A DNA stretch of 64,000 bases from Tubulanus polymorphus (Eukaryota > Animalia > Nemertea). Position 1 is the stretch's first letter, and each line of letters opens with the position of its first letter. The notes beneath the pieces were generated by a model that worked only from the letters and a program-made list of their open reading frames with translations, was not told where the DNA came from and searched no databases. The stretch spans positions 11,806,850 through 11,870,849 of the forward strand of contig NC_134029.1 in the NCBI RefSeq assembly GCF_964204645.1. Direction: 5' to 3'. The position numbers and the translations under genes were made by a program. Positions 12,253 to 23,055 of the stretch are shown here, one piece after another.

Positions 12253-12601
12253 ATCCATTTTTTTATTGTCCATTTTGGAATTTCAGAAGTATTTTGAATT
12301 TTAATAGCAGTAGTTTCAGAATTATTAATATCATAAATTTTATTTGATTTCTTATACCAACTACACCCAATCAAAATGAATACAATTACAAATCCAGTTG
12401 CAAAATATAGATATTCATCAAATATTCTATTATTAGAAGGAGTAGAAATAACAATATTTTCACCATTTTTTTAACATTTTTATTACTTATTTTTTCTTTT
12501 ACAGCTTTTTTATATTCTTGTGATTTAATTTCTAATTGCCGAGACCATTCAATTTGTTTCGGACTTCTCGGTTTTTTCTTCACTTCTTCCACCTTGCTCA
12601 T
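12253..12601 (-). pseudogene. Small membrane-anchored protein, homolog of 29927-30285
   Basis: KKPRSPKQIEWSRQL versus KKPRSEKQIKWAREL. Frameshifted; ends ...KMD*. Confidence 0.6.
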
Positions 12602-13090
12602 TTATTGTAGAAAAATATATTTCAATATTTGAAAATGTTATAACTCCAGTTGATAATAATGTCGTAAATCCACCTAATTGAAATGATAAATATCCAATCC
12701 ATTTATTTAATTCAGTCATAACTAAATAATCATTTTTTAAATCGGAATATAATCTATTTTCATCTTCAATTGGTAGTATATATTTAAATAATTTACTATA
12801 ACCTTTTACTACATTTTCTGATATCGCGTCATTAATTCTAGCTGTTCTCGCAGTTTCATTAATCTTAAATGATCTAATAATTTCATCTGATTTTTACATT
12901 TCCCAGATGCTATTAATATTTCTAATTGATGTTTGCAGTAAAGATAATATTCATAATTATTATTTGTTGTAACATAATTTAAAGCACCATCATCTGGAGT
13001 TAATTTTGTTTCTGTTATTCCTAAATCATCTAAAGTTTTTTCAATTGGAACATCACTATTTCTAGATTTTATTTTCTTTTCACCTCCCAT
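12602..13090 (-). pseudogene. Conserved Polinton hypothetical protein, homolog of 29359-29934
   Basis: IEKTLDDLGIT...EYYLYCKHQLEILIASGKC; downstream DLKNDYLVMTELNKWIGY after a frameshift/deletion. Confidence 0.7.
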
Positions 13091-13119
13091 TTATATAACA
13101 AACAAATTAGTTGTGTTGT

Positions 13120-13386
13120 TGCAACTAGAATTCAACTAGAATATAACTAGAATTCAACTAGATTAACAAGCTAGTTGAAATATTGTTGTTTTTATTTATT
13201 TCTTGTGGAATTTTATTTGATTTTTGCTACTAACAACTAGAATTCAACTAGAATGTAACTAAAAATATACTAGATTAACAAGCTAGTTGAAATATTGTTG
13301 TTATTTATTTATTTTTTTGTTTCAACTGCCAATAACAAAAATTTACTAGAATGTAACTAAAATATACTAGATTAACAAGCTAGATG
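13120..13386. repeat. Intergenic tandem repeats in Polinton 1
   Basis: Three copies of actagattaacaagctag plus multiple caactagaat units. Confidence 0.7.
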
Positions 13387-13389
13387 AAT

Positions 13390-13730
13390 TTAAATAAATT
13401 CATATTTAAATGGGTGTTGTGATCGAAATAGTAATTTTGATCGTTTATTATTTTTCAATTTATCCATATATTCGTTATGTAAATCATGTGGAATAATATC
13501 ATTTTCCTCAAGTGCATTTTTCATCGATTTCCTATCTTTATTGTGGAATAAAACTAAAAATCTAATGTTTTCTCTAAAATCTTTAACAATTGAATTATAT
13601 TTTTGATTTAAAACCCATGTTGTTATCCCAAAATGTCTCCCAGAGAAAGCTAAATAGCATAACTCACTTTCTATCACTTTTGAATCATGTAAATTTGCAC
13701 AATCATCTATGATAAAGAATGTATTAGATC

Positions 13731-13738
<8 letters not shown>
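13390..13738 (-). pseudogene. A32/FtsK-like packaging ATPase, C-terminal half only
   Basis: YKGSNTFFIIDDCANL (Walker B)...SGRHFGITTWVLNQKY. The Walker A half is missing at the (AT)n tract. Confidence 0.85.

Positions 13739-13796
<58 letters not shown>
13734..13796. repeat. (AT)n microsatellite
   Basis: Pure TA run. Confidence 0.95.
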
Positions 13797-13801
<5 letters not shown>

Positions 13802-14505
13802 ATTTTTTTCTTTTAATAGTTTTTGTTTTTAATACTTTTTCAATTTTATATTCTTGTTCTAGATTTTCAGTAGTTAAACTCAATTCTTCTTCATAAAAAT
13901 ACCCATCAACATCTTCACCATCTAAATCTTCTAATTTATAGACATATGGTTTTTTGTTATAACCTTTTTTATTTTATATATTTCCCTAGTAAAATTTCGA
14001 TCGTATCCTTTGTCAAATATCTTTTTATACTTGGAAATTCTAACATTTTGACCAACTTTAAATTTAGGTTCACCAAAATCATCTACAAGAAATGCCCCAT
14101 ACAAGTTATTCCAAACAATTTCAGCATTTTCAGGTTTTCTAGCATCAATAGGTTTCATTCCAATAGAAGAATGATAAGAATTATTATAACCTTCTATCAA
14201 TTTTGGTAAAACATCAATCCATTTAAAAGTATTATTTGCTGTAAAATATTTCCACATTCTTGTTCTTAATGTTCTATTAAATCGTTCAACAACTGCTGCT
14301 TTTTTATCCGATTTTGTTGAAAAATATTTAATATTATGATTATGTAAGAGTTCATGAACAAGTGAATTATCAAATTCTTTTCCATCATCAAATTGTATTT
14401 TTTCTGGTTTTAGTTTATCATCCGAAAGTAATTTTCTTAAAACATTTGATGTTTGTACAGCATCTTTTCTATAAAGTGGGAAGCTCCATACATAACGACT
14501 AAAAA

Positions 14506-17484
14506 TGAAAGGCTGAATCCAAGAACATGTCTATCGCACTTTTGAGCCCAAACGTCTACTTTTACTTAGTAGCCACTTGAGAACAATAAGCAATTAACGA
14601 TATCAGCTACTTTTCCAGTAGTATACATTTCAAAACAGTCACTCTGAAATAGTATTCCTTTCAATTCGGTTGGTTTTCTATAGTAACTGTTTCGAAGAGT
14701 CTACTATTGAAAAGTGACCATTTTAAAACATCTGGTTTCGATAGTGCACACTAGCAGTAGAGGTGACTGTAAAACCACCCGTCTGTCAACAGTGACTTTG
14801 TGATAGTAACTCTTACCGTAGCAGCTACTCTCAAAACACATCGTTTCTAAAAGTCAACTATTGAATAGTGACCATTTGAGATCACTTGCCAGATTCTCTG
14901 TTATAAATACACTGTAGCAACATATGCTTCAGATTTGCAGTGATACGTGACAATATAAACATACTGAAAACTCTACTCATGCTATAGTTTGGGGTATAAT
15001 TCTATTTTGAGTGACTCAGTTAAGATCTGAAGATATTGTAGATACTCTGTGAGGATGTGAAATGTGACGATCGATTCCCAACTCTTACCAATAAAAGTCG
15101 AAATTGGAGTTAAATTTGTTTCCAAATTGTCAATAGTTATGTAGTGTTAAAATAAATCGAAATTTCCTTCTTTTCATGGCAATATGATTTAATGCCGACA
15201 AATGCAGCTATTTTCAAGCATGGGTCTGCATTTATTTTTGGTATATTCTTAGATTAAAAGCGCAATCATAGATTCAGGCTATAACCTCTCATTATTGAAA
15301 TGGTGGTTTATTTTCAATGGGGGCCTGGATGTCTCTGCATCTTAAGATGTGCATTTCGGAGTGTTCGAATTTCCCTGAAATCATTGATCTTTTTTTAAAC
15401 AAAATATGCCATATCCGTGTGGATTTTAAACATTCTAAAGAAATCATCTAAATTGAGCCCATATTTGATCAAATCTTTTAAAAGAAACTTTGTATGGTAT
15501 TCAAGATTTCATTTGGATTACGGTAACGGCCTTTGGTGATCGTCACCGGGGTCATGAATGAAGAAATCCCGTAATAGAATTTTAAATATGATAAAATTTG
15601 TTAAAGGTGAAACCGCAACGTTTCGACTGTTGACTAACAGCAATCATCAGGTAGAACGTAGACATTTCTAGTGATAAGGGCTTTTAGTCAGATGGCTGTC
15701 AGTCAACAGCCGAAACGTTGTGGTTCAACTTTAATCAATTTCATGATACAAAATTCTGTTGCGGAATTTCTTCATTTATCTACAGTTAACACGGTTTAGA
15801 GTACTTTATTCGACTTCTTCGGGTCCTGTAGCCGTTAAGATCTAAAATTATTTACTTTTCGGCACAGAAGGGATATACAACCGTGTTGCTCCCTATGAGA
15901 GGGATTCCCTCTATATCTGCACCTTAAACCGGTACCTTTGTTGGTTCTAGCCCGCATTCGCTTCCAAATTCAAGTATTGGTAACGTTGGTTTACGATAAT
16001 TTGAGAAAAAGAGTTTAGTTGGAGGAAACTGATGATTATCTTATAATTCAGCCATTCATTGGTTCATCGATTCAGAAAAATAAAATAAAGTCTCATAGAG
16101 ATATTGCGGTGCTAAGTTTATTACTATTAAGAGGTAATTACTTTTGGTTCGTAGTCTTTTGGTGGTTAGTGCAGTTAGTTCATTCGTTCATCAATCACTG
16201 TCTAGTTAGCCTGTGTAATTGACCTGCTGACCGATAGCTGCTGCTGGGTTTTTGATAACCTATATAAACAATTTACTCAACTAAGTAGGAAAGTATGTGA
16301 AACTGAAATTACAGCCTCATTTCTTTCACTTCTTAAGCCAAACGAAGTATTCTCTATCAAATGAAATTGCTGATTTCAAAATTACGTGAACATCTCAACA
16401 CTCAACTCTTATACGCTAATCCTTTGATCTTTTATAATAAGTTGGTAATTTCATTTCAACCAAACCGTATAACTACGAAACAAGATTTTGATTAGGGTAT
16501 CACTTCTAGCAAGCGATAAAACGATTCAATATTCATCAATGAACAAGCAGAGAACAGCGTGACAAAGTGAACATCACATGGATTACTTAAAAATCGTTTG
16601 TATCGAAATAAACAATAAATTCAAGGTTAATTCTAAGTATTTTAGATACATTTTTTTCATAATTAATTTTATGAACATATGATTTTATTTGTATATTCCT
16701 CTCTCATATACCCTCAAAAACAAATTAAGCCTAAAAGACAAATTTATTTCTTGTCTTTCTTTTCTACAAAATCAAAGATTTATAATCGAAAATGTAAAAC
16801 AAAAATCTTAAAATTCTAAAGATTCTAGGACTGGCACTATATTTTAGTATTAATGGATTCAATCAATGATGATGATATATGAATCAATAGTTTTCCTATT
16901 GGATATTGCCATTTTGTTGAGCGTAATATAATTTAGGGGATTCTTGGCAACTCAAAAACTTTGATTTTCTATTCACAGAACTGTATTCAAAGCATACAGA
17001 GTTCTGTATATAAAGCATATGGGGTTTAATAGTACCTTTGAACCTGTCACGTATCACTGCAAATCTTTAACAGCTGCTGCTATTTTGAACAGGAAATTAC
17101 CTTGCCATCTCAAAATGGTCACTTTTCAATAGTTGACTTTTAGAAACGATGTGTTTTGAGAGTAGCTGCTGCGGTAAGAGTTACTATCACAAAGTCACTG
17201 TTTACAGGCGGGTGGTTTTACAGTGACCTCTACTGCTAGTGTGTACTATCGAAACCAGATGTTTTAAACTGTTCACTTTTCAATAGTGGACTCTTCGAAA
17301 CAGTTACTATAGAAAACCAACCGAATTGAATGGAATACTATTTCAGAGTGACTGTTTTGAAATGTATACTACTGGAAAAGTAGCCGATATCGTTAATTGC
17401 TTATTGTTCTCAAGTGGCTACTAAGTAAAAGTAGACGTTTGGGCTCAAAAGTGCGATAGGCATGTTCTTGGATTCAGCCTTTCA
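14506..17484. mobile_element. About 3-kb non-coding DNA transposon with about 375-bp TIRs, copy 1
   Basis: TGAAAGGCTGAATCC...GGATTCAGCCTTTCA ends. 2-bp AA duplication deduced from the integrase reading frame (DIFSRY). Confidence 0.85.
15613..15654 (-). ncRNA. Degenerate Penelope-type minimal hammerhead motif inside the TIR element
   Basis: cuac-CUGAUGA-uugcuguu-aguc-aacaguc-GAAAC-GUU-gcgg, within an inverted repeat at 15558-15775. Confidence 0.5.
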
Positions 17485-17862
17485 AATATCAATCATATTC
17501 AATATCCACCAATAATCATCATCATCTTTCTTAACATTTTTCATATCAATTAAATCTCCTTGCCACTGTTGATCTACATAACTTACCATAGTTTTACGAG
17601 TTTTATATTTTCTAACAATTTTTTTATGTGTTGTATATGTTGGCTGTTCTAACATAAAATCATTTATATCTTTATATTTAACTAAATTTTGTGGGATTAT
17701 CTTATCTAATTTATCTTGTTTTACTTGACGCCATATATTTTTGGTAGAAGAATAAGCAACCGAACTCTCAGGGTTGTAATATAAATTTCTTAAATATTGT
17801 TCTTTAGTATTAGGAGTTTTTTTACCACCCATTTATATATCGTTAATTTTAACTTAATATTT

Positions 17863-19111
17863 CTAATATTGAATACTATCTAATTGAGAATTTATAATAT
17901 TTAATTGCGCGTCAGATATAAAATAATTGTGCATTTTGAAATTTTTGATTCCTTTCTTCTTTTTCATGAATAATTGTATCCCATCTTTAGTATTCTGCAG
18001 CTTTTTTTCCAGAACCATGTAATGAATTATCCTCTGTTGTTCTTAAATCTAACCATAGTGCATATTTATTACCGGTATAATAATCAATTTGATTAATATT
18101 ACAATTTTCAGATGATTTTATTTTTTCATTCATAAAATGTTTTCTAATTTCTGGCCATTGATCTATCATTCTCATTCCTAGACAAAATATTTTATTTGCT
18201 ATACCTTCAATTGGTTTTTCTACTTTTGATATTTCAGGATTATAATAATCATCAACATTTATTGCGCCATTAGAATATGTTGCAATGGTAAAAAATATCA
18301 ATGCGCCGTTTATAGATCTTCTTGGGAAGTTAATATTCTCATTAATTACTTCATCATTTGCATTAATAGTTACAGTTTTAAATTTATCAATATAATCATA
18401 TAATAATGAAAATCCTTGATTGTATTGAGTTTGAATCATGCTAGCAATATGTTCATCAGTTACTGAATCATATTCTAAACATATATTCGATAATTTATAA
18501 CCCATATCTTTAACAACGCTAGATAAAACAATTTCATTAACGGGAGCAAATGTTATTTCGAATATAATATCTTCTTGAATTGCGTATTTATATAAAGGTG
18601 CATTATTATTTATCAATTCAAAATCTAATGGAATTTTATGTTTGCTTCCATAAATCTTTTTGATCAAATTATCTGCGGTACGAGTTACTATTGCGTCATT
18701 AGCTCCTGATCTTAATTTATTTTGGTTTTCTGATAGGATGATTTGAAATATAATATTATTTCTATTTTCTTTAGTTAACCATAAATCTTTGTAATGCATA
18801 AATAAATTATAATCATCTAATGAGAAAACTGTTTCCGGGCCAATCTTTTTAGTTAATTTTTTAATCAAATATCTTCCAACATTATCAACAACATAATTAT
18901 TATTATTACCATTTACATTTATATCAGCCGATAAATAAATACTATTTGGAACATAAAAAGTATTTTGATTTAATCTCGGGATTCTTACATATAAAGTTTC
19001 ATCAGGATTAATATTAGAAGGATTATGAGTAATTATATGATGAGATCTTTCTGCTTTAATAGCATTAGATATTCTTGAATTCTTAGAAGGATTGATATAA
19101 CTCCCACTCAT
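17863..19111 (-). pseudogene. Major capsid protein (double jelly-roll/hexon-like), frameshifted near the C-terminus
   Basis: 374-aa ORF with ITHNPSNI...LYVRIPRL, IPLDFEL, LSNICLEYD, ALWLDLRTTEDNSLHGSG. The tail (NTKDGIQL...DAQLNI...QY*) is in other frames and is intact in the paralog at 36856-37167. Confidence 0.8.
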
Positions 19112-19131
19112 TTATTTAACAAAAAAATTAA

Positions 19132-19446
19132 TTATTTATTTTGTATCATATTCACTAACCCAAAAATAATTGCACTTACAACTGTAATTAAAAATAAAAT
19201 AACATGTTCAGCAGCAAAGTTAAGAATATTCCCAGCAGATTTTAAAACAAAACCCACAATCGATGCAATAACACCAGGTAAAGCTGCAGCAGATTTTTTA
19301 GATAGTTCCCATAAATATTTTGCTAATTTTTTTAAACCATCCTTAACTTTATCTTGTATAGAATTATTATATTTTTATTAAAATCTATTGCAGGAATATT
19401 ATATTTAATTGATTTATTATATTGGAAAGCTTTTGGAAACCCCATT
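19132..19446 (-). pseudogene. Degenerate membrane protein fragment
   Basis: VKDGLKKLAKYLWELSKKSAAALPGVIASIVGFVLKSAGNILNFAAEHVILFLITVVSAIIF; early stop after the ATG. Confidence 0.5.
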
Positions 19447-19461
19447 TATATAATTAAAAAA

Positions 19462-19896
19462 TTAATAATTTATTAATTCTTTTAATAATTTATCTTGTTC
19501 TTCAACTGTAATATTACCATTTAAACTTATTATATAATCTAGTGTATTTTTTAATTTATTAATTTCTTTTATATTAGATTTAATTTTTTCTTTATTACTT
19601 TTTATATTTAATTTTGAACTCATACCAGTTAAAACACTTGATGATAATCCTAGCACGCCAATTGATATAGCTAAAGGTGTTAATGGACTGAATATTGCTA
19701 AAAATGTTATTACAGAACTAATTGTAACTGAACCACTGATAATAAAATAATATATAATTTTACTTTTTAAATATTTTTTCTTTTTTATCTTTAAGTCACT
19801 TTCAAATTCTAATATTTGTTTTTCTAAATATTTTTTTGATTTAGTTTTATTTATATCATGAGGAATAATATCAATATTATCAACTTTATCATCTAT
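19462..19896 (-). pseudogene. Two-TM coiled-coil protein; start codon apparently mutated ATG to ATA
   Basis: Frame is open from TAAATA-GATGAT at 19896 through IYFIISGSVTISSVITFLAIFSPLTPLAISIGVLGLSSSVLTG into ORF 19462-19656. Confidence 0.55.
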
Positions 19897-19915
19897 TTAT
19901 TTAGAAAAGAAATTA

Positions 19916-20338
19916 CTAATTAGTAAATTTATATGCTACAAATAAAACAATAACAGTTCCACCTAAAATCCATATTATTTCATATTCCTGTTGTTCTTTA
20001 CTTGGTGTATAATAATCTGATAATTTAGATTTGTATAGATGTAATTTTTCTTTATTGGTTACCGCGTTATATAAACTCATTGCATCATCGACTGATTGAA
20101 AATCTCTATGTGAAATCTTCTGATCATATAATTCTTTGTTAATATAATCCATGTAATTTTGTCTCTTTTCTCTATATTCTTCTGCTGCTTTATTGTATTT
20201 CTCTAATGCTAAGTTATGTCTTTTTTGTTCTGATAATGAACCACTTTTATCAATATGCTTAAATAAATAACCACCACATGTAAATGCTAAAGCGTTAACA
20301 ATTGCCGATCCTATAATAGTTATAATTGCAGAAGCCAT
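19916..20338 (-). CDS. Conserved Polinton small membrane/coiled-coil protein
   Basis: Open 140-aa ORF MASAIITIIGSAIVNALAF...EQKRHNLALEK...C-terminal TM; TAAATG start. Confidence 0.7.
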   Translation of the reverse strand: MASAIITIIGSAIVNALAFTCGGYLFKHIDKSGSLSEQKRHNLALEKYNKAAEEYREKRQNYMDYINKELYDQKISHRDFQSVDDAMSLYNAVTNKEKLHLYKSKLSDYYTPSKEQQEYEIIWILGGTVIVLFVAYKFTN

Positions 20339-20361
20339 TTATTTAGTAAAATAATTACGCA

Positions 20362-20583
20362 TTTATATAGGAAGAATATATTTTTGTTTTTCCAAATAAT
20401 CAATTGTTAAATTAGATAAAGTAACTGCTAACGTTAATTTTAAAATATCATTTATATCAAATCTATCAACATTAACACTTCCCATTTTAAATACTTTTTT
20501 AATACCATTGTATAACCAACAGTTCCCACTGATAATAATGCTCCATTATATAAACCAGTTATTATCCACTTATTATCACTCAT
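20362..20583 (-). pseudogene. Small hydrophobic protein with a frameshift in an A-run
   Basis: MSDNKWITGLYNGALLSVGTVGYTMVL / FKMGSVNVDRFDINDILKLTLAVTLSNLTIDYLENKKYILPI*; TAAATG start. Confidence 0.5.
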
Positions 20584-20940
20584 TTATTTATCAAAACAAT
20601 TACTATCTTCAAAATATGTATTTATCTTAGTTATAATTATTTCAACATTTATAGAATCATTAGTTTCATTTTCATATATTTCAGTTATTATTCTTTTAAT
20701 ATCATCAATGGTAAAATCTTCATCTAATTCATAAAATCTTAAAGATTCTCTAATTAAATTAGTAATCTTTTCTACATTTAAAGTTTCTTTATCTATTGTT
20801 TTTTCAAACTCAAATGTTGTTTCATTAGAAAATGCAATATTTTTAATATGTGTAATTACATCAGTAATGTTAAATTTCATTTCTTTCTCATGTTTAAAAT
20901 CAAATCCAAAACATATACTCGGTCCTACTGTTATATTCAT
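20584..20940 (-). CDS. Acidic hypothetical protein of the Polinton
   Basis: Open 118-aa ORF abutting its neighbours, preceded by taattttttcactataTAAATATG. Confidence 0.55.
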   Translation of the reverse strand: MNITVGPSICFGFDFKHEKEMKFNITDVITHIKNIAFSNETTFEFEKTIDKETLNVEKITNLIRESLRFYELDEDFTIDDIKRIITEIYENETNDSINVEIIITKINTYFEDSNCFDK

Positions 20941-20958
20941 ATTTATATAGTGAAAAAA

Positions 20959-21706
20959 TTACTCTTTACATCTTATAATTAATTCATAAATTACAGGAAA
21001 ATTATTTAAATCAATTAAATATCCATCATGATTTCTAAGTTCTAATCTAAAATTATTAAAATGAGGAATGCATGGTTTGAAATCACATTCTATTAAATTA
21101 TAATTTATTTGAGTTCCAAATTGTTTAACATTTTTAGTGGTAAAATATTTAGTATACTAGAACTACAAATTGTTTCTTTAGTTGCTTCGAATGTTTTTGT
21201 AGGATCGATTAAATTGCAATAAATATATAAGTGTGTAAAAGGTATTATATTTGAGATGCCTTCTGCGCTTCCAGTAACTGTAAGCGGTTTAATTCCTAAC
21301 ATTTTAGCCATTGGTTTGTTTACCATAAATTTATGTTGTTCATCTTTATTCTTATCATATTAGTACTATCAATTTTATTAAATTTAATTTCAAATACAGA
21401 AGTGCCCCCGATTTTCAACCGAGCTCTTCTATTAATTTCCTGCGCTAATGATTCTAAATTATATAATCCTGGTTTTAAAAATAGATGAAACCATTTATCT
21501 TTATTTCTCATATAAATCATAAACCCTCTATGTTCAAAAGTTTTATCCGATATATTACAAAAAGAATTACATAAACTTACATTTACTAATTTTAAATCAA
21601 CACAATTCTTAAATTCTCTATCTAATTGTACTAGTAAATTATGTGATTTAGAATTTAACAGTTTTCTAGAATCAACAAATATTCTATATTCTTTTACTTC
21701 ACCCAT
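20959..21706 (-). pseudogene. Minor capsid protein (penton, single jelly-roll), two frameshifts
   Basis: IFVDSR...LVNVSLCNSFCNI...PGLYNLESLAQEIN / HLYIYCNLI / FRLELRNHDGYLIDLNNFPVIYELII, a typical penton motif order. Confidence 0.7.
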
Positions 21707-21775
21707 TTATTTATAGCACAAAAAAATTACCTCTCATCACTAAAAATTAATTTTAATAGAATTTTTCCTTAATAA

Positions 21776-22996
21776 ATGGATGAGAAGATACCATGTGAAA
21801 TTTGTGGTGAACTTCTAAGAAAAAGTAATATGGCTCGACATATGAAAAAAACATGATAAAAATTATAAACCCCCTAAAATAAACTGCCCAAATTGTAATA
21901 AATTATTCTCAAGAAATTATGTTAAAAAACATTCAGAGAAGTGTAAAATTAATGACACAACGGTTAATGTTGATAGTAACGAAAGTAATAGTAATTCTGT
22001 TGAAGTTGAATCTGAAATTATTTGGAAAAGACCTTTCTTATTCTATGATGAGGATAATATAAAAGATTATTTCTGTGAGCCTTGTCGAATAAAATATAGA
22101 CCTGAAAAATATAGATGATTGGGAGAATAATCAATTTCGTAAAGCACATATAGATAAAATTTCTAATAAATTTGAAACTGAATTCAATGAAAGAAAAAAT
22201 AAAATATGAGAAAACGTTGCCAGATAATGAAGAAACACTTAAAAAGTTGGAAAAACAATATAATGAATTAGTTAGAAAAACATATTATTGTAAATATTGT
22301 AAATTGATTAATACAACAAGTAATTCAAATCTACATAATAGGACAATAAAACATAAAGAAAACGTAAGAAAATACCAAGAGCTTAATGAAGATCTATTAC
22401 CAAGAAATGATAGAAAAAAATGCCCACAATGTATTTATGGGCACTTAAGACAAGAAGGTCCTGTGATATTTTGTAATGAATGTGGATGGCAAAGGAATTT
22501 ATGGGGTGATGAAAAAACTAGAGATATTCTTATAGAACCAAAATCAAAATATCTAGATGAAATTTTTAAGATATTTGCTATGGAAGATCATACACCAGAA
22601 TATAAGCAATGGCTTGAAAAAATGAAAATGATAGAAAATAAAAATGGTGAAATAACGAAAAAAGATATCATAAAAACAATTATTCCATCAACATTGAAAA
22701 TGTATTTATATCTATTATTTAACGATTATCATAAAAAACCTAAATTAACAGAAGAAGATATGGAAAATATAAAAGAAACATTCAAAAAAATATTAAGATA
22801 TTATGTGGATAATAGAATAACAGATTTAATTAATTATGAATTCTTTATAAATAAGATTGTTAATTTTTTAAACATCGATATTATAATTCCATTTGATGAA
22901 TTAACAAACAAAAAGAAACAAAGAGAGCGAGATGAAATGTGGTACAATATAGAACTTTATTTAAATGAGAAAAATGAAATGGAAGAACCTAAATAA
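21776..22996 (+). pseudogene. Zinc-finger protein with a C-terminal VLTF3 (poxvirus A2)-like late transcription factor domain; 5' part frameshifted
   Basis: N-terminal CEICG/CPNC fingers. ORF 22172-22996 has CPQC...FCNECG, PKLTEED...IKETF, LINYEFFINKIVNFL...LTNKKKQRERDEMW, matching the VLTF3 pattern. Confidence 0.6.
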
Positions 22997-23055
22997 TTAA
23001 ATAAAAATGAAGAAACCAGTAGTGATTTCGAGTATGATGATATTGATATTATGTT

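Larger units (their letters stand above)
13797..17832 (-). pseudogene. rve-type integrase of Polinton 1, split by the 14506-17484 insertion
   Basis: QQWQGDLIDM...MIDI | FSRYVW...IQFDDGKEF...VVERFNRTL (D,D,E triad); start of a chromodomain EYKIEKVLKTK...KKYS. Confidence 0.9.
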
